Shown here: positions 8,226-17,494 of the stretch, in pieces | How the letters are laid out: every line of letters starts with the position of its first letter | Numbering within the stretch: the first letter of the stretch is position 1 | Assembly (NCBI GenBank): GCA_023409755.1 | Contig: JAEYRA010000155.1 | Location: forward strand, 1-52,542 | Source: Bacillota bacterium | GTDB lineage: Bacteria > Bacillota > Clostridia > Christensenellales > UMGS416 | Direction: 5' to 3' | DNA length: 52,542 nt | Translations under genes and position numbers: made by a program | The notes under the pieces: generated by a model | Databases searched by the model: none | Told to the model about the DNA's origin: nothing | What the model saw: the letters and a program-made list of their open reading frames with translations, nothing else

Positions 8226-9974
8226 TTACTGGTCAAAATCCGCCTGCCCGGCGAACTGGCTTTCATAGAGCCGGGCATATTGGCCTTTGGAGTGCAGCAG
8301 CTCGTCGTGGTTGCCGCTCTCCACCACCCGGCCACCCTCCATCACGAGGATCAGGTCGGCGTTGCGCACGGTGGACAGCCGGTGCGCGATGACGAAACTG
8401 GTGCGCCCCTGGGTCAGCCGGTCGAAGGCCTTCTGCACCCGCTGCTCGGTAAAGGGGTCGATGGAGCTGGTCGCTTCATCGAGGATGAGCATGGACGGGT
8501 TGGCCAGCATGACCCGCGCGATGGCCAGAAGCTGCATTTGCCCCTGGGAGAGGGTGCCGCCCTCACCCTGGATCACGGTGTCATAGCCATGCTCCAACCG
8601 GCGGATGAAGCCATGGGCCCCCGCCTGCCGGGCGGCTTCCATCACTTCATCCATCGTGGCGTCGGGCCGGGCGTAAGCGATGTTGTCGCGGATGGTGCCG
8701 TCGAAGAGCCAGGTGTCCTGCAGCACCATGCCAAACTGGCGGCGCAGGCTCTCCCGCGTCAGGTGACGGATGTCCACCCCGTCCACGAAGATAGCGCCCT
8801 CGTCCACGTCGTAGAATCGCATCAGCAGGTTAACGAGTGTCGTCTTGCCCGCACCCGTCCGCCCCACGATGGCGACCTTGCACCCGGGGTGGATGTCAAG
8901 GTTCAGGCACTGGATGAGGGGCCGTGCGGGGTCATAGGCGAAGGCCACATCCCAGAAGCGCACATGACCGGTGCAGCACCCCAGCTCGATGGCCCCCTCC
9001 GCCTCGGGCGGCTCGGGCTCTTCATCCATCAGGCGGAAGAGCCGCTGGGCCGATGCCCCGGCGGCCTGCATCTGGCTGAGGATGCCGGTGATGTCGCTGA
9101 AGGGCTTGCCGAAGAGCACGGAGTAGATGACGAAGGCGGAGATCTCGCCCACCGTCACATGGCCGCGGATGGCCCACAGGCCGCCGATGAGACCGATGGC
9201 CGCGTAGGCGATGTTGTTGACAATGCGGGTGGATGGGTTGGCCAGGGAGGAGATGAACTGCGCCTTGACGCCGGTGCGGTAAAGGTCGGCGTTGATGCCG
9301 GCAAACCGCTCGGCAGCCTTCCCCTCGTAACCAAAGGCCTTAACGACCCGCTGCCCCTCAATCATCTCCTGCGCCAGGCCGTTGAGCTTACCCAGGTGGC
9401 CTGCCTGCTCGCGGAAGGCCTGCTGGGAGCCTTTGGTGACAAAACGCGCCACATAGTACGCCGCCGGGGCCGAGAGCACCACCACCAGCGTCATGTTGCC
9501 GTTGACGGCCAGCATGAATCCCACCGCGCCCAGCACCGTCAACACCCCCTGCAGCAGCGCCACCAGGCTTTGCAGCAACCCATCGGTCACCACGTCCACG
9601 TCGTTGACAAAGCGGCTGACGGTGTCTCCCCGGGCGGTGCGGTCAAAGAACTTCAATGGGAGGATCGTCAGCCGCTCAAAGAGCTGCTGACGCAGGCGGG
9701 CCGTGGTGCGGTAGGCCACGCGGTTGGTGAGCAGCGACAGCACCCAAGTAAACAAGCTGTTGGCCAGGTACAGCCCCACCAGCAGCGCCAGCGTACGCCC
9801 CAGCAGGGCAACGTCCACCTGCCCGGCCTGGGCCAAGCCATCCACAGCCCGGCCCACCACAGCCGGGGCCACCAATGCGGCCGCCACGGCAATGACAGCA
9901 CTGAACAGCGAACCCGCCAACAGGGCCTTCGATTCACCCAGATAGCGCAACAGACGTGCAAATGTACTCTTCAT
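8226..9974 (-). CDS. ABC exporter, fused permease/ATPase subunit (heterodimer partner B)
   Basis: Six-TM N-terminal domain. Walker A GRTGAGKTT, signature LSQGQMQLLAIAR, Walker B ILDEATS. ATGA overlap with the upstream partner. Confidence 0.9.
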   Translation of the reverse strand: MKSTFARLLRYLGESKALLAGSLFSAVIAVAAALVAPAVVGRAVDGLAQAGQVDVALLGRTLALLVGLYLANSLFTWVLSLLTNRVAYRTTARLRQQLFERLTILPLKFFDRTARGDTVSRFVNDVDVVTDGLLQSLVALLQGVLTVLGAVGFMLAVNGNMTLVVVLSAPAAYYVARFVTKGSQQAFREQAGHLGKLNGLAQEMIEGQRVVKAFGYEGKAAERFAGINADLYRTGVKAQFISSLANPSTRIVNNIAYAAIGLIGGLWAIRGHVTVGEISAFVIYSVLFGKPFSDITGILSQMQAAGASAQRLFRLMDEEPEPPEAEGAIELGCCTGHVRFWDVAFAYDPARPLIQCLNLDIHPGCKVAIVGRTGAGKTTLVNLLMRFYDVDEGAIFVDGVDIRHLTRESLRRQFGMVLQDTWLFDGTIRDNIAYARPDATMDEVMEAARQAGAHGFIRRLEHGYDTVIQGEGGTLSQGQMQLLAIARVMLANPSMLILDEATSSIDPFTEQRVQKAFDRLTQGRTSFVIAHRLSTVRNADLILVMEGGRVVESGNHDELLHSKGQYARLYESQFAGQADFDQ

Positions 9975-11707
9975 GCCCGCGCCTCCTCTCCCACCTGCTG
10001 GGAGGCGCAGATCTCCCGATAGGCCTCGCAGGTGCGCAGAAGTTCATCATGGGTGCCCACACCGGCCAGCTTACCATCCTCCAGCACGAGGATGCGATCG
10101 GCCCCCCGCACCACCGACACCCGCTGGGAGAGGAGCAGCACCGTCCGTGTCCCCTCCATCCGGCGGATGGCCGTGCGCAGCCGTGCGTCGGTCAGGTAGT
10201 CGAGCGCGCTGGATGCGTCATCCAGAATGAGGATCTCCGCCTGGGCGGCCAGGGCCCGAGCAATCGTCAACCGCTGCCGCTGCCCGCCGGAGAGGTTCAC
10301 CCCGCCCCGCTCCACCGGAGAATCGTACCCCTGGGGCAGCGTAGCGATGAACTCATCGGCCTGGGCGGTGGCGGCGGCCGTTCGCACGCCGTCGTCATCA
10401 GCCTCCCCCGCCCAGCGGATGTTCTCCGCCACCGTGCCGCCAAAGAGCGTGGCCTTCTGGAAGACAATGCCAATCTTGCGCCGCAGGGCATCGGCGGCAT
10501 ACTCCTCCACCGGCACACCATCCACCAGCAGCGTGCCGGATGTCACCGGGTAGAAGCGCGGGATGAGCTGGCCCAGCGTCGTTTTGCCCGCACCGGTGCC
10601 GCCGATGATGCCCACCGTCTCCCCACGGGCAATGGAGAACGATAGATTCTCAAGAGCCAGGTCGCCGCCGATGTGGTAGCCGAAGGACACATCCCGGAAC
10701 TCGATGGCCGGGGCATTGGTGATGGGCACAGACGGTGTGGCCGTGCCCGCAGCTTCGGTGGCCTCCACCGGCTCGTGCAGCACCTCGTTGACCCGTGCCG
10801 CCGAAGCCATGGACTTGGTGAGGAGGATGATGAGGTTGGAGAGCACCAACAGTGCCGCCAGAATCTGACTGGCGTAGTTGATGAACGCGATGATCTGCCC
10901 CTGGGAGAGGCCCCCCGCCTGCACCCGGCCGCCGCCCACCCACAGGATGAGCACGATGAGCCCATTGACGACCAGCGACGTGAGCGGGTTGAAGAGCGCC
11001 GACACCGTGCCGATGGCAAAGCCGTTGCCCATGAGCTCCCCATTGACGGCGGCAAAGCGCTCCTTTTCCTGGGTGTTCTTGGTGAAGGCGCGGATGACCC
11101 GCACACCGGCCAAGTGCTCTCGAAGCACGTTGGACAGGCGATCGAGCCGCCCCTGGTAGGCGCGGTAGAGCGGTCCCGCGGCCTTTGTGATGAAGAAGAT
11201 GATGGCCGCCAGAAGCGGCGTGGCCGCCACCAGCAGAAGCGCCAGCCGTGCATCCAGCAGGAATGCCATGAGGATCGACCCCAGCAGGATGAACGGCGCG
11301 CGGGACACCAATCGGATCATCATCGCCACCCACACCTGCAGCTGGTTGACGTCGTTGGTCAGCCGTGTCGTCAGCGTGGGGGCGCCGTAGCGGTCCATCT
11401 GCGGGAAGGAGAAGGTCAGGATCTTGGCAAAAAGCGCATTGCGAAGGTCGGTGCCGAAGCCCTGGGATGCCTGGGCGGCGTAGCGCTGACACACCGCGGC
11501 GCAGCCAAAGCCCAGGCAGGCCAACCCCGCCATCACAAGGCCCATGCGCACGACATAGCCGCCATCGCCCCGCCCCACGCCATTGTTGATGATGAGCGCC
11601 AGGATGGTGGGCAGCAACAACTCGAAGATGACCTCCGAAAACTTGAACAACGGCCCCAGAATGCATTGTTTCTTATATTTCTTGAGGAAGACCGCCAGCT
11701 CCAGCAC
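9971..11707 (-). CDS. ABC exporter, fused permease/ATPase subunit (heterodimer partner A)
   Basis: Walker A GGTGAGKTT, signature LSGGQRQRLTIAR, Walker B LILDDASS. GTG start at 11707 is preceded by GGGGG with a 7-nt spacer. Confidence 0.9.
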   Translation of the reverse strand: MLELAVFLKKYKKQCILGPLFKFSEVIFELLLPTILALIINNGVGRGDGGYVVRMGLVMAGLACLGFGCAAVCQRYAAQASQGFGTDLRNALFAKILTFSFPQMDRYGAPTLTTRLTNDVNQLQVWVAMMIRLVSRAPFILLGSILMAFLLDARLALLLVAATPLLAAIIFFITKAAGPLYRAYQGRLDRLSNVLREHLAGVRVIRAFTKNTQEKERFAAVNGELMGNGFAIGTVSALFNPLTSLVVNGLIVLILWVGGGRVQAGGLSQGQIIAFINYASQILAALLVLSNLIILLTKSMASAARVNEVLHEPVEATEAAGTATPSVPITNAPAIEFRDVSFGYHIGGDLALENLSFSIARGETVGIIGGTGAGKTTLGQLIPRFYPVTSGTLLVDGVPVEEYAADALRRKIGIVFQKATLFGGTVAENIRWAGEADDDGVRTAAATAQADEFIATLPQGYDSPVERGGVNLSGGQRQRLTIARALAAQAEILILDDASSALDYLTDARLRTAIRRMEGTRTVLLLSQRVSVVRGADRILVLEDGKLAGVGTHDELLRTCEAYREICASQQVGEEARA

Positions 11708-11811
11708 GTGAAAACCCCCGTCGCAACAAACTGTGTCCAGTATAGCGCGGATTACACCATATGAATAATAGTTGTTTTATGGTTTACCCATTTAAAAAAG
11801 CTATAACGCCC

Positions 11812-11840
11812 TTGGCCTTTGGGCCCGGGCGCGGTATACT
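11812..11840 (+). promoter_or_regulatory. Candidate promoter of the LysR gene
   Basis: TTGGCC (11812-11817), a 17-nt spacer and TATACT (11835-11840). It lies in the divergent intergenic region shared with the ABC exporter. Confidence 0.45.
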
Positions 11841-11862
11841 GCTGGCATTGAGGGGGATGAAC

Positions 11863-12741
11863 ATGGATCTGAAGCAACTGCGCTACTTCCTTGCCGTGGC
11901 GGAGGAAGGGCAGCTGACCGCCGCCGCCCAGAAGCTGCACATCACACAGCCGCCGCTGAGCTACCAACTGGCGGCGCTGGAGCGCGAGCTGGGCACGACG
12001 CTCTTAGAACGCGGCCCCCGGGGCGTGCGGCTGACCGAGGCGGGGGAACTGCTAAAGGCGCGAGCCAGCCAGATTTTGGATCTGGCATCCTCCGCCGTGC
12101 GGGAGCTGGAGAACTTTGACAAAGGGCTGCAGGGCACGCTGGCCATCGGCACGATCTCCTCCTCCGGCGGGGTGGTGCCCAACCGACACATGCTGGCCTT
12201 CACCCGTGAACACCCCAAAGTAAGGTTCGAGATTCACGAGGGCAACAGCTTTGAGGTCATCGACATGCTGGAGCGGGGCGTCATCGACCTGGGCGTGGTG
12301 CGCACGCCCTTCCAGTCCACGGGGCTGGAGTGCCGCTATGCCCCACCTGAGCCCATGATGGCGCTGGTACCCCCCGGCCACCGCTGCGGCGAGCAGGCTG
12401 ACAGCGTCAGTCTGGAGGAACTGCAGGGGCAGCCCCTCATCCTCTACCGCCGGTTTGAAGCACTGCTGCGGCAGGTGTTCGGCCAGCACGGCCTGACCCC
12501 CACGCTGTACTGCGTCAACGACGACGCCCGCACCACCATGGCCTGGGCCGGGGCGGGCTTTGGCGTCGGCATCGTCCCACAATCGGCGCTGCTGATGCCA
12601 GCCGACGACGGGCTGGTGCGCAAGGCCATCCGCTGTGAGGAACTGACGACCCGCCTGGCAGTCATCTGGGTGGGCCAGCGCTACCTCTCCCCGTTGGCGC
12701 GGGCTTTCGTGGAGCTTTTTGAGAGCACCATCCTGCAGTGA
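11863..12741 (+). CDS. LysR family transcriptional regulator
   Basis: N-terminal HTH LRYFLAVAEEGQLTAAAQKLHITQPPLSYQL plus a LysR substrate-binding domain. ATG 11863 is chosen because GAGGGGG lies 6 nt upstream; ATG 11857 is an alternative. Confidence 0.85.
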   Translation: MDLKQLRYFLAVAEEGQLTAAAQKLHITQPPLSYQLAALERELGTTLLERGPRGVRLTEAGELLKARASQILDLASSAVRELENFDKGLQGTLAIGTISSSGGVVPNRHMLAFTREHPKVRFEIHEGNSFEVIDMLERGVIDLGVVRTPFQSTGLECRYAPPEPMMALVPPGHRCGEQADSVSLEELQGQPLILYRRFEALLRQVFGQHGLTPTLYCVNDDARTTMAWAGAGFGVGIVPQSALLMPADDGLVRKAIRCEELTTRLAVIWVGQRYLSPLARAFVELFESTILQ

Positions 12742-12748
12742 TGGCCGC

Positions 12749-12979
12749 TCAAGCCGAGGGCTCCGTGTCCTTCCCATGCCCCTGTCGCAGCAGGTGGCGC
12801 ACCGTCAGCGCCCCGTTGGCGATGGCACACAGGCAGAACACCCCCAAAAACACCCGCCCGGTCAGGCCGGTCAGGTATTCCATCATGGGGTTGTAGAGAT
12901 CCAGAATGAGGAGCACCACAAACGCCGCGCCCAACACGATGGCGGCATGCCCCACCGCCCCCCAGAGTTTCTCCACCAT
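12749..12979 (-). CDS. Small two-TM membrane protein (hypothetical)
   Basis: 76 aa with two hydrophobic helices. GGAGGA lies 7 nt before ATG 12979 and overlaps the stop of the upstream gene. Confidence 0.55.
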   Translation of the reverse strand: MVEKLWGAVGHAAIVLGAAFVVLLILDLYNPMMEYLTGLTGRVFLGVFCLCAIANGALTVRHLLRQGHGKDTEPSA

Positions 12980-12982
12980 CGT

Positions 12983-14011
12983 TCATTCCTCCCCAAAGAA
13001 AATGATGTCGCTGGAACGGCGGCCACCGCCGGAGGGCTGGTTGATGACCTGCCCTTGAAAGACCATGGCAGCGGTTGCGCCGCCATCCAGATTGTAGGCG
13101 CTCTGGCAGCCCAATGAGGCCATGAGCTGCGACAGCTCCGCCAGCGTCATCCCCACTGAGTAGCCGCTCTGCCGCCCGTCCACCGCCACCATGCAGTAGT
13201 GCCCCGGCTCATAATAACCGATGGCACAGCGCGGGTTGTGCCCGCGGATGGAGTCGGTGAAGGTCTCGATGGCCTCACCATCCTTCAGGAGTGCCGGGCC
13301 AAAGGACCAGGCCTGCCAGGCTTTGCGCCCCACAGCGTCCTCCAGGTCAAAGTCCTCCTTGGAGGTCGTCTCCATCACGCCATCGGAATAGAGCACGCAG
13401 ACATCCTCCAGCAGCGATTTGCGGTATAGTTCGCCGTTGCGGATGACGATGCCGTTGTTGCGCGCGCTGTAATAATCGCCAGTGACAGCCAGAATGGCGT
13501 TGTTGTCCTCGGCCACCTGCAGGGGCATCTGGGGGTTGCCTCGGCCATACTTGCCATTGGCGAAGGCCGTTCGGAATCCCTCAATCGTCCGTACCCACAC
13601 ATCGGCAACGTAGTAGGTGACATCGTTCTCTTTCACCTGCTGTACGGCCACCTTCAGGTCGTCGCTCTGGTAGCTGTACTGCGCCGACAGCCCCGTGTCC
13701 CCGGCGGGGAACGCGGCAGAGAAATCACCGGGCTCCGGCGCGGGAGTTGGGGTGGGCGCAGGGGTGGCCGTTGCCGTGGGGCTGGCGCTGGCGGCCGCCA
13801 ACGCCGAAGCTTCGGCAGAAGAGGTGGGCGTGGGTGCCGCCGTGGCAGAGGGGATATGCAAAGAGACGATGGTCTGCAACGCTTCGCCGCTCCCAAAGGG
13901 CAGCCATTGGTGAAACAGAAAAAACACAGCGAGTGCCGCGCACAGCAGTGCCAGGTCACGCACGACTAGGCGCAGCAGCGAAGGCCTCCTTTGTCCATGT
14001 TCGATTCGCAT
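12983..14011 (-). CDS. Phosphodiester glycosidase family protein (DUF2233/NAGPA-like), membrane-anchored
   Basis: N-terminal TM anchor, an Ala/Pro/Thr-rich linker, and a C-terminal domain with AILAVTGDYY ... AIGYYEPGHY ... YNLDGGATAAMVF. Confidence 0.8.
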   Translation of the reverse strand: MRIEHGQRRPSLLRLVVRDLALLCAALAVFFLFHQWLPFGSGEALQTIVSLHIPSATAAPTPTSSAEASALAAASASPTATATPAPTPTPAPEPGDFSAAFPAGDTGLSAQYSYQSDDLKVAVQQVKENDVTYYVADVWVRTIEGFRTAFANGKYGRGNPQMPLQVAEDNNAILAVTGDYYSARNNGIVIRNGELYRKSLLEDVCVLYSDGVMETTSKEDFDLEDAVGRKAWQAWSFGPALLKDGEAIETFTDSIRGHNPRCAIGYYEPGHYCMVAVDGRQSGYSVGMTLAELSQLMASLGCQSAYNLDGGATAAMVFQGQVINQPSGGGRRSSDIIFFGEE

Positions 14012-14263
14012 GCCGTATCCCCAACTGATAACAGGCCGCCGTGGTCATTCGGCTTATCGTTACCGAACCGCTGCTCCCTGTAGATTTTGTCGAAATTTCA
14101 CACTTCATTCTATCACCATCATTATCGAATGTAGCAAACCTTCATTCATGCTTTTTGTGATTTGCTCTGAAAGTGGCAAAAAAAGACAAAGAACCAAAAT
14201 CTTATGCTATGCTACGATGTGCGAAATGGTATGATGATGGAAGAGAGAACCAAGGAACACTCC

Positions 14264-15256
14264 ATGCGCTCTATTATTCTGCTGACAACACACCGGCCCA
14301 ATGAGCGACTGCCCCAATTGGTGGCCGCCCTAGTGCCCCATGGGGTTGTGGTGGTGGTCAGCGTGGGCAGCGGCCCCGACCACCAGGGTGCACTGGCTGC
14401 CGCCGAGACCGCCGGTGCGGTCGCGCTGCCGCGCGGCCATGCCAGCCGTGCGGCGGCACTGCAGGCCGGCCTACGGTACGTGCTGGACGCCCACCCGGGC
14501 GCGGGGGTGGTGGTGGCCAAGCCCATCCACAATGCCCCGGACATCCTGGCGGTGGCGGCGGCGCTGGGGGCTGAACCGGACACGCTGGCCCTGGGTACAC
14601 GCAGCCCCACCCAGCTGCCGCCGGCCGAGCGGGTTGGCGGCGCACTGCTGCGGGTGCTGCTGCGCAGCATGGTGGGGTTGGAGCTGACCGACACCCAATC
14701 GACGCTGCGCGGCTACCCCGCCGCCCTGCTGGAGCGGCTGCTGGCGTTGGATGGCGCACAGCAGGATTTTGACCTGGCTGTGCTGCTGCAGTTGCCGGGC
14801 TGGGGTGTGCCCTACCGGGAGGTGACCATTGGGCCCAACGCGGGGATGGCCCGTTCCGACCACCACCGTCGGCTGTGGTGGAACGCTTTTTTGGTGCTGT
14901 CACGGCTCATGAAGTTCTTCGCCTCCTCCCTGGTGTGCACGGGGTTGGACTTCCTTCTCTATAGCCTGTTGCTGCCCCATGTGCATACCATGGCTTCCTA
15001 CCTTTTGGCCCGCGTGGTCACGGCGACGCTCAACTACCAGCTCAACCGCCGCGTCGTCTTCCGCGCCAAGGGTTCGGCCCGCAGCGCCATTGGGTATGTG
15101 CTGCTGGCCCTGGGGGTGATGGGAGTGGGCAGTGTGGGCGTGTCAGGCCTCACCCATCTGGGGCTGCATGGCATCACCGCCAAGATCCTGGTTGATGGCA
15201 TCCTGTTCTTCCTCAACTTCTACCTGCAAAAGACCGTGCTGTTCCGCAGGAAGTAG
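14264..15256 (+). CDS. Glycosyltransferase family 2-like domain fused to a GtrA-like membrane domain
   Basis: The N-terminal region is GT-A-like (LTDTQSTLRGYP). The C-terminal four TM helices carry the GtrA-type LNYQLNRRVVF motif. The start is uncertain: ATG 14264 follows AAGGAA, and the track ORF begins at 14204. Confidence 0.7.
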   Translation: MRSIILLTTHRPNERLPQLVAALVPHGVVVVVSVGSGPDHQGALAAAETAGAVALPRGHASRAAALQAGLRYVLDAHPGAGVVVAKPIHNAPDILAVAAALGAEPDTLALGTRSPTQLPPAERVGGALLRVLLRSMVGLELTDTQSTLRGYPAALLERLLALDGAQQDFDLAVLLQLPGWGVPYREVTIGPNAGMARSDHHRRLWWNAFLVLSRLMKFFASSLVCTGLDFLLYSLLLPHVHTMASYLLARVVTATLNYQLNRRVVFRAKGSARSAIGYVLLALGVMGVGSVGVSGLTHLGLHGITAKILVDGILFFLNFYLQKTVLFRRK

Positions 15257-15351
15257 TGCCTTGCCCCCGTGTGAAGGCCTTACACCGTGCAACGGACACG
15301 GCCAACGGCGACGCCAACCCGCGCTCAACATGGCATCCGCAAGCGTGAGAG

Positions 15352-15380
15352 AAGCCCACTGGCTTCCTGCCAGTGGGCTT
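15352..15380. terminator. Hairpin between convergent genes (bidirectional terminator candidate)
   Basis: AAGCCCACTGGC-TTCCT-GCCAGTGGGCTT, a 12-bp perfect stem between the GT2-GtrA stop and the AKR stop. The U-tracts are weak. Confidence 0.5.
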
Positions 15381-15429
15381 GCATTCTGTGGAGTTTTGGC
15401 CAGCAGCCACCGCCAAGGCAGACTTTGGC

Positions 15430-16347
15430 TTACGGCAACTGATTTCCGGCGGCGCGGTAAAGCTCATACCACTCCGGCCGGGTCAGCGTCACATCGGCGG
15501 CACGGCAGATGTCCTTGAGGCGCGCGGCGTTGGTGGTGCCCACGATGGGCTGCATGCCCGCCGGGTGGCGCAGCAGCCACGCGACGGCGATGGCTGTGTC
15601 CTTCACACCATACTTGGCGGCCAGTTCGTCAATCTTGGCATTGAGTTCGGGGAACTTGGGGTTGCCCAGGAACACGCCCTCAAAGAAGCCGAACTGGAAG
15701 GGTGACCAGGGCTGGATGGTGATGTCCTTCAGGCGGCAATACTCCAGCACGCCGCCGTCACGGTTGACGGACGGAGAAATCTCCATGTTCACGTTGAGGC
15801 CCGCGTCAATCATGCCGGTGTTGGTCAGGCTCAGCTGCAGCTGGTTGGCCACGATCTTCTGGTGCAGGAACTTGCTCAGAAGCTCCATCTGCAGGGGGTT
15901 CTGGTTGCTGACACCGAAGAAGCGCACCTTGCCGGCTGCCTGCAGGGCAGCGAAAGCTTCGGCGACCTCCTCGGGCTCCATCAGGGTGTCGGGCCGGTGC
16001 AGCAGAAGAACATCGAGGTAATCGGTTTTGAGACGCCTGAGGCTGCCGTCCACGGCCTCCAGTATGTGCTCCTTGGAGAAGTCAAAATACCCCTGACGGA
16101 TGCCGCACTTGCTCTGCAGCAGTACATCCTCGCGCTTCGCGCCCACCTGGGCAAAGGCCTCGGCGAAGATCTCCTCACTGCGGCCGCCGCCGTAGATGTC
16201 GGCGTGGTCGTAGAAGTCGATGCCCTCCTCCAGGGCGGTGGCCAGCAGCCGGGCAGCCTCGCCGGCCGAAAGGTTTGCCATGCGCATGCAACCAAGCGAG
16301 ATGGGCGAAGCGGATAGCGCGCCGCCGCCAATGGCGATCTTTCTCAT
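15430..16347 (-). CDS. Aldo/keto reductase family oxidoreductase
   Basis: LGCMRM...IDFYDHADIYGGGRSEE and the length are typical of AKR family proteins. RBS AAGGAGGG precedes ATG 16347. Confidence 0.9.
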   Translation of the reverse strand: MRKIAIGGGALSASPISLGCMRMANLSAGEAARLLATALEEGIDFYDHADIYGGGRSEEIFAEAFAQVGAKREDVLLQSKCGIRQGYFDFSKEHILEAVDGSLRRLKTDYLDVLLLHRPDTLMEPEEVAEAFAALQAAGKVRFFGVSNQNPLQMELLSKFLHQKIVANQLQLSLTNTGMIDAGLNVNMEISPSVNRDGGVLEYCRLKDITIQPWSPFQFGFFEGVFLGNPKFPELNAKIDELAAKYGVKDTAIAVAWLLRHPAGMQPIVGTTNAARLKDICRAADVTLTRPEWYELYRAAGNQLP

Positions 16348-16415
16348 GGGTCCATCCCTCCTTTGTGTTCTTCTCCCATTGTAGCCTTGGGGAACCGCAG
16401 CGGCAAGGGGGTACG

Positions 16416-17315
16416 TCAGTCGTCCGCCTGCCGGCGGGGGTCGTCGGGCTCGTAGTAGGGTTCGGAGTGAATGGTGATCTGCGCGGGCCGCCCCAGCCGC
16501 ACCGCGATAGCCTCCTCAATGGTGTCAACGAGATGATGGGATTCCTCCAGTGACATGTCCGGGTCCAGCAGCACGTGCATGTCCATGAAAAGATCCGCCC
16601 CGGCGGCCCGGCTGCGCAGCCGATGGACGCCCCGCACCTGCGGGAAGGCGCGCACCGCGTCCAGAACGGTGTCACTGTCCACCGCCGCCCTGTCGAGCAG
16701 GACACCGCTGGTGCTGCGGAAAATCTCCCATGCGGCAAAGAAGATGAACCCAGCCACCACGAGGGAAGCGATGGGGTCGATGATGGACGGAAGCCCCAGC
16801 CGCACGCCGACGAGTGTGGCCAGCACGCCCAGCGACACAAAGATATCACTGCGCGTGTGCGCCGCGTCGGAGATCAGGATCTGGCTGCCCAACTTCCGGC
16901 CCTGCCGGCCTTCCACCACGGTCACGGCAATGTTGACCGCCAGTGTACCAAGCAGCGCCGCCAGGCTGGCTACCGAAACCTGAGGAACAACAGGCGCAGC
17001 GAACCGACCCACCGCACCCACGACGATCTCCACCCCCAGCACCGCCAGCATCGCCGCAATGGCAAGTCCGGCCAGCGTCTCAAACTTGCTGTGGCCGTAG
17101 GGATGGTCAGCGTCCACCGGGCGGGACGCCAAGAAGATGCCCACCAAGCCCACCACGTTGGACGCGCCGTCGCTCAGGCTGTGGAACCCGTCGGCCTGCA
17201 AGCTGGCAGAACCGATGGCCAAGCCGAAAATGAGCTTCAGTAGGCTCACTGCCACATTGGCCAGCAGCACCAGCCACAGCACCAGACGCACTTGTTTATA
17301 ATTCATTTCTTTCAT
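16416..17315 (-). CDS. Cation diffusion facilitator (CDF) metal efflux transporter
   Basis: Six TM helices, the metal-site motif SLQADGFHSLSDGASN, and a C-terminal cytoplasmic domain. The start is trimmed to ATG 17315, preceded by GAGGGTG. Confidence 0.9.
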   Translation of the reverse strand: MKEMNYKQVRLVLWLVLLANVAVSLLKLIFGLAIGSASLQADGFHSLSDGASNVVGLVGIFLASRPVDADHPYGHSKFETLAGLAIAAMLAVLGVEIVVGAVGRFAAPVVPQVSVASLAALLGTLAVNIAVTVVEGRQGRKLGSQILISDAAHTRSDIFVSLGVLATLVGVRLGLPSIIDPIASLVVAGFIFFAAWEIFRSTSGVLLDRAAVDSDTVLDAVRAFPQVRGVHRLRSRAAGADLFMDMHVLLDPDMSLEESHHLVDTIEEAIAVRLGRPAQITIHSEPYYEPDDPRRQADD

Positions 17316-17330
17316 GTTCACCCTCTGGAT

Positions 17331-17425
17331 AAAAAAAATCCACGAAACGTCAGATGACTGTCCCGTGGATGGCTCCACTGCCTTCTCAGGCCCGACGGTC
17401 CATCGGGGCCGTCTGGTCATGGCTC
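17331..17425 (-). promoter_or_regulatory. czcD/NiCo-like metal riboswitch (four-way junction aptamer plus terminator)
   Basis: The minus RNA folds by eye into four helices: P1 AUGAC/GUCAU, P2 GACGG/CCGUC, P3 GCCU-GAGA-AGGC, and P4 GUGGA/UCCAC. The junction is G-rich and contains GGGACAG. The P4 3' strand overlaps the 5' arm of the terminator AUCCACG...CGUGGAU+U8 (17331-17370). It lies upstream of a CDF exporter, the usual context for this class. Confidence 0.6.
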
Positions 17426-17454
17426 AGTATATGCGAGGGAAACGCCATTGTCAA
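17426..17454 (-). promoter_or_regulatory. Sigma-70-type promoter of the CDF leader
   Basis: On the minus strand, TTGACA (17454-17449), a 17-nt spacer and TATACT (17431-17426). Confidence 0.6.
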
Positions 17455-17479
17455 CACAATGGCGCATCAAGTTTACAAT

Positions 17480-17494
17480 TGATAGTGATTATCA
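17480..17494. promoter_or_regulatory. Fur-family 7-1-7 box
   Basis: TGATAGT-G-ATTATCA has one mismatch to the Bacillus-type Fur consensus TGATAAT-n-ATTATCA. It lies ~25 nt upstream of the CDF -35 element and overlaps the DUF1667 stop codon. Confidence 0.5.

Noticed and set aside
7404-10022. 872-aa + strand ORF, the longest in the track for this region
   Set aside because: It runs antisense to the aspartase-family gene, the TM1266-like gene and the ABC exporter, all of which carry clear family motifs. Its own translation is Arg/His/Gly/Pro-rich low-complexity sequence with no motifs. This is a typical high-GC shadow ORF.
13690-13960. Cluster of overlapping Pro/Ala/Arg-rich ORFs on both strands, resembling a repeat or a collagen-like gene
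   Set aside because: All are alternative frames of the Ala/Pro/Thr-rich linker of the phosphodiester glycosidase gene. There is no nucleotide tandem repeat of defined period.
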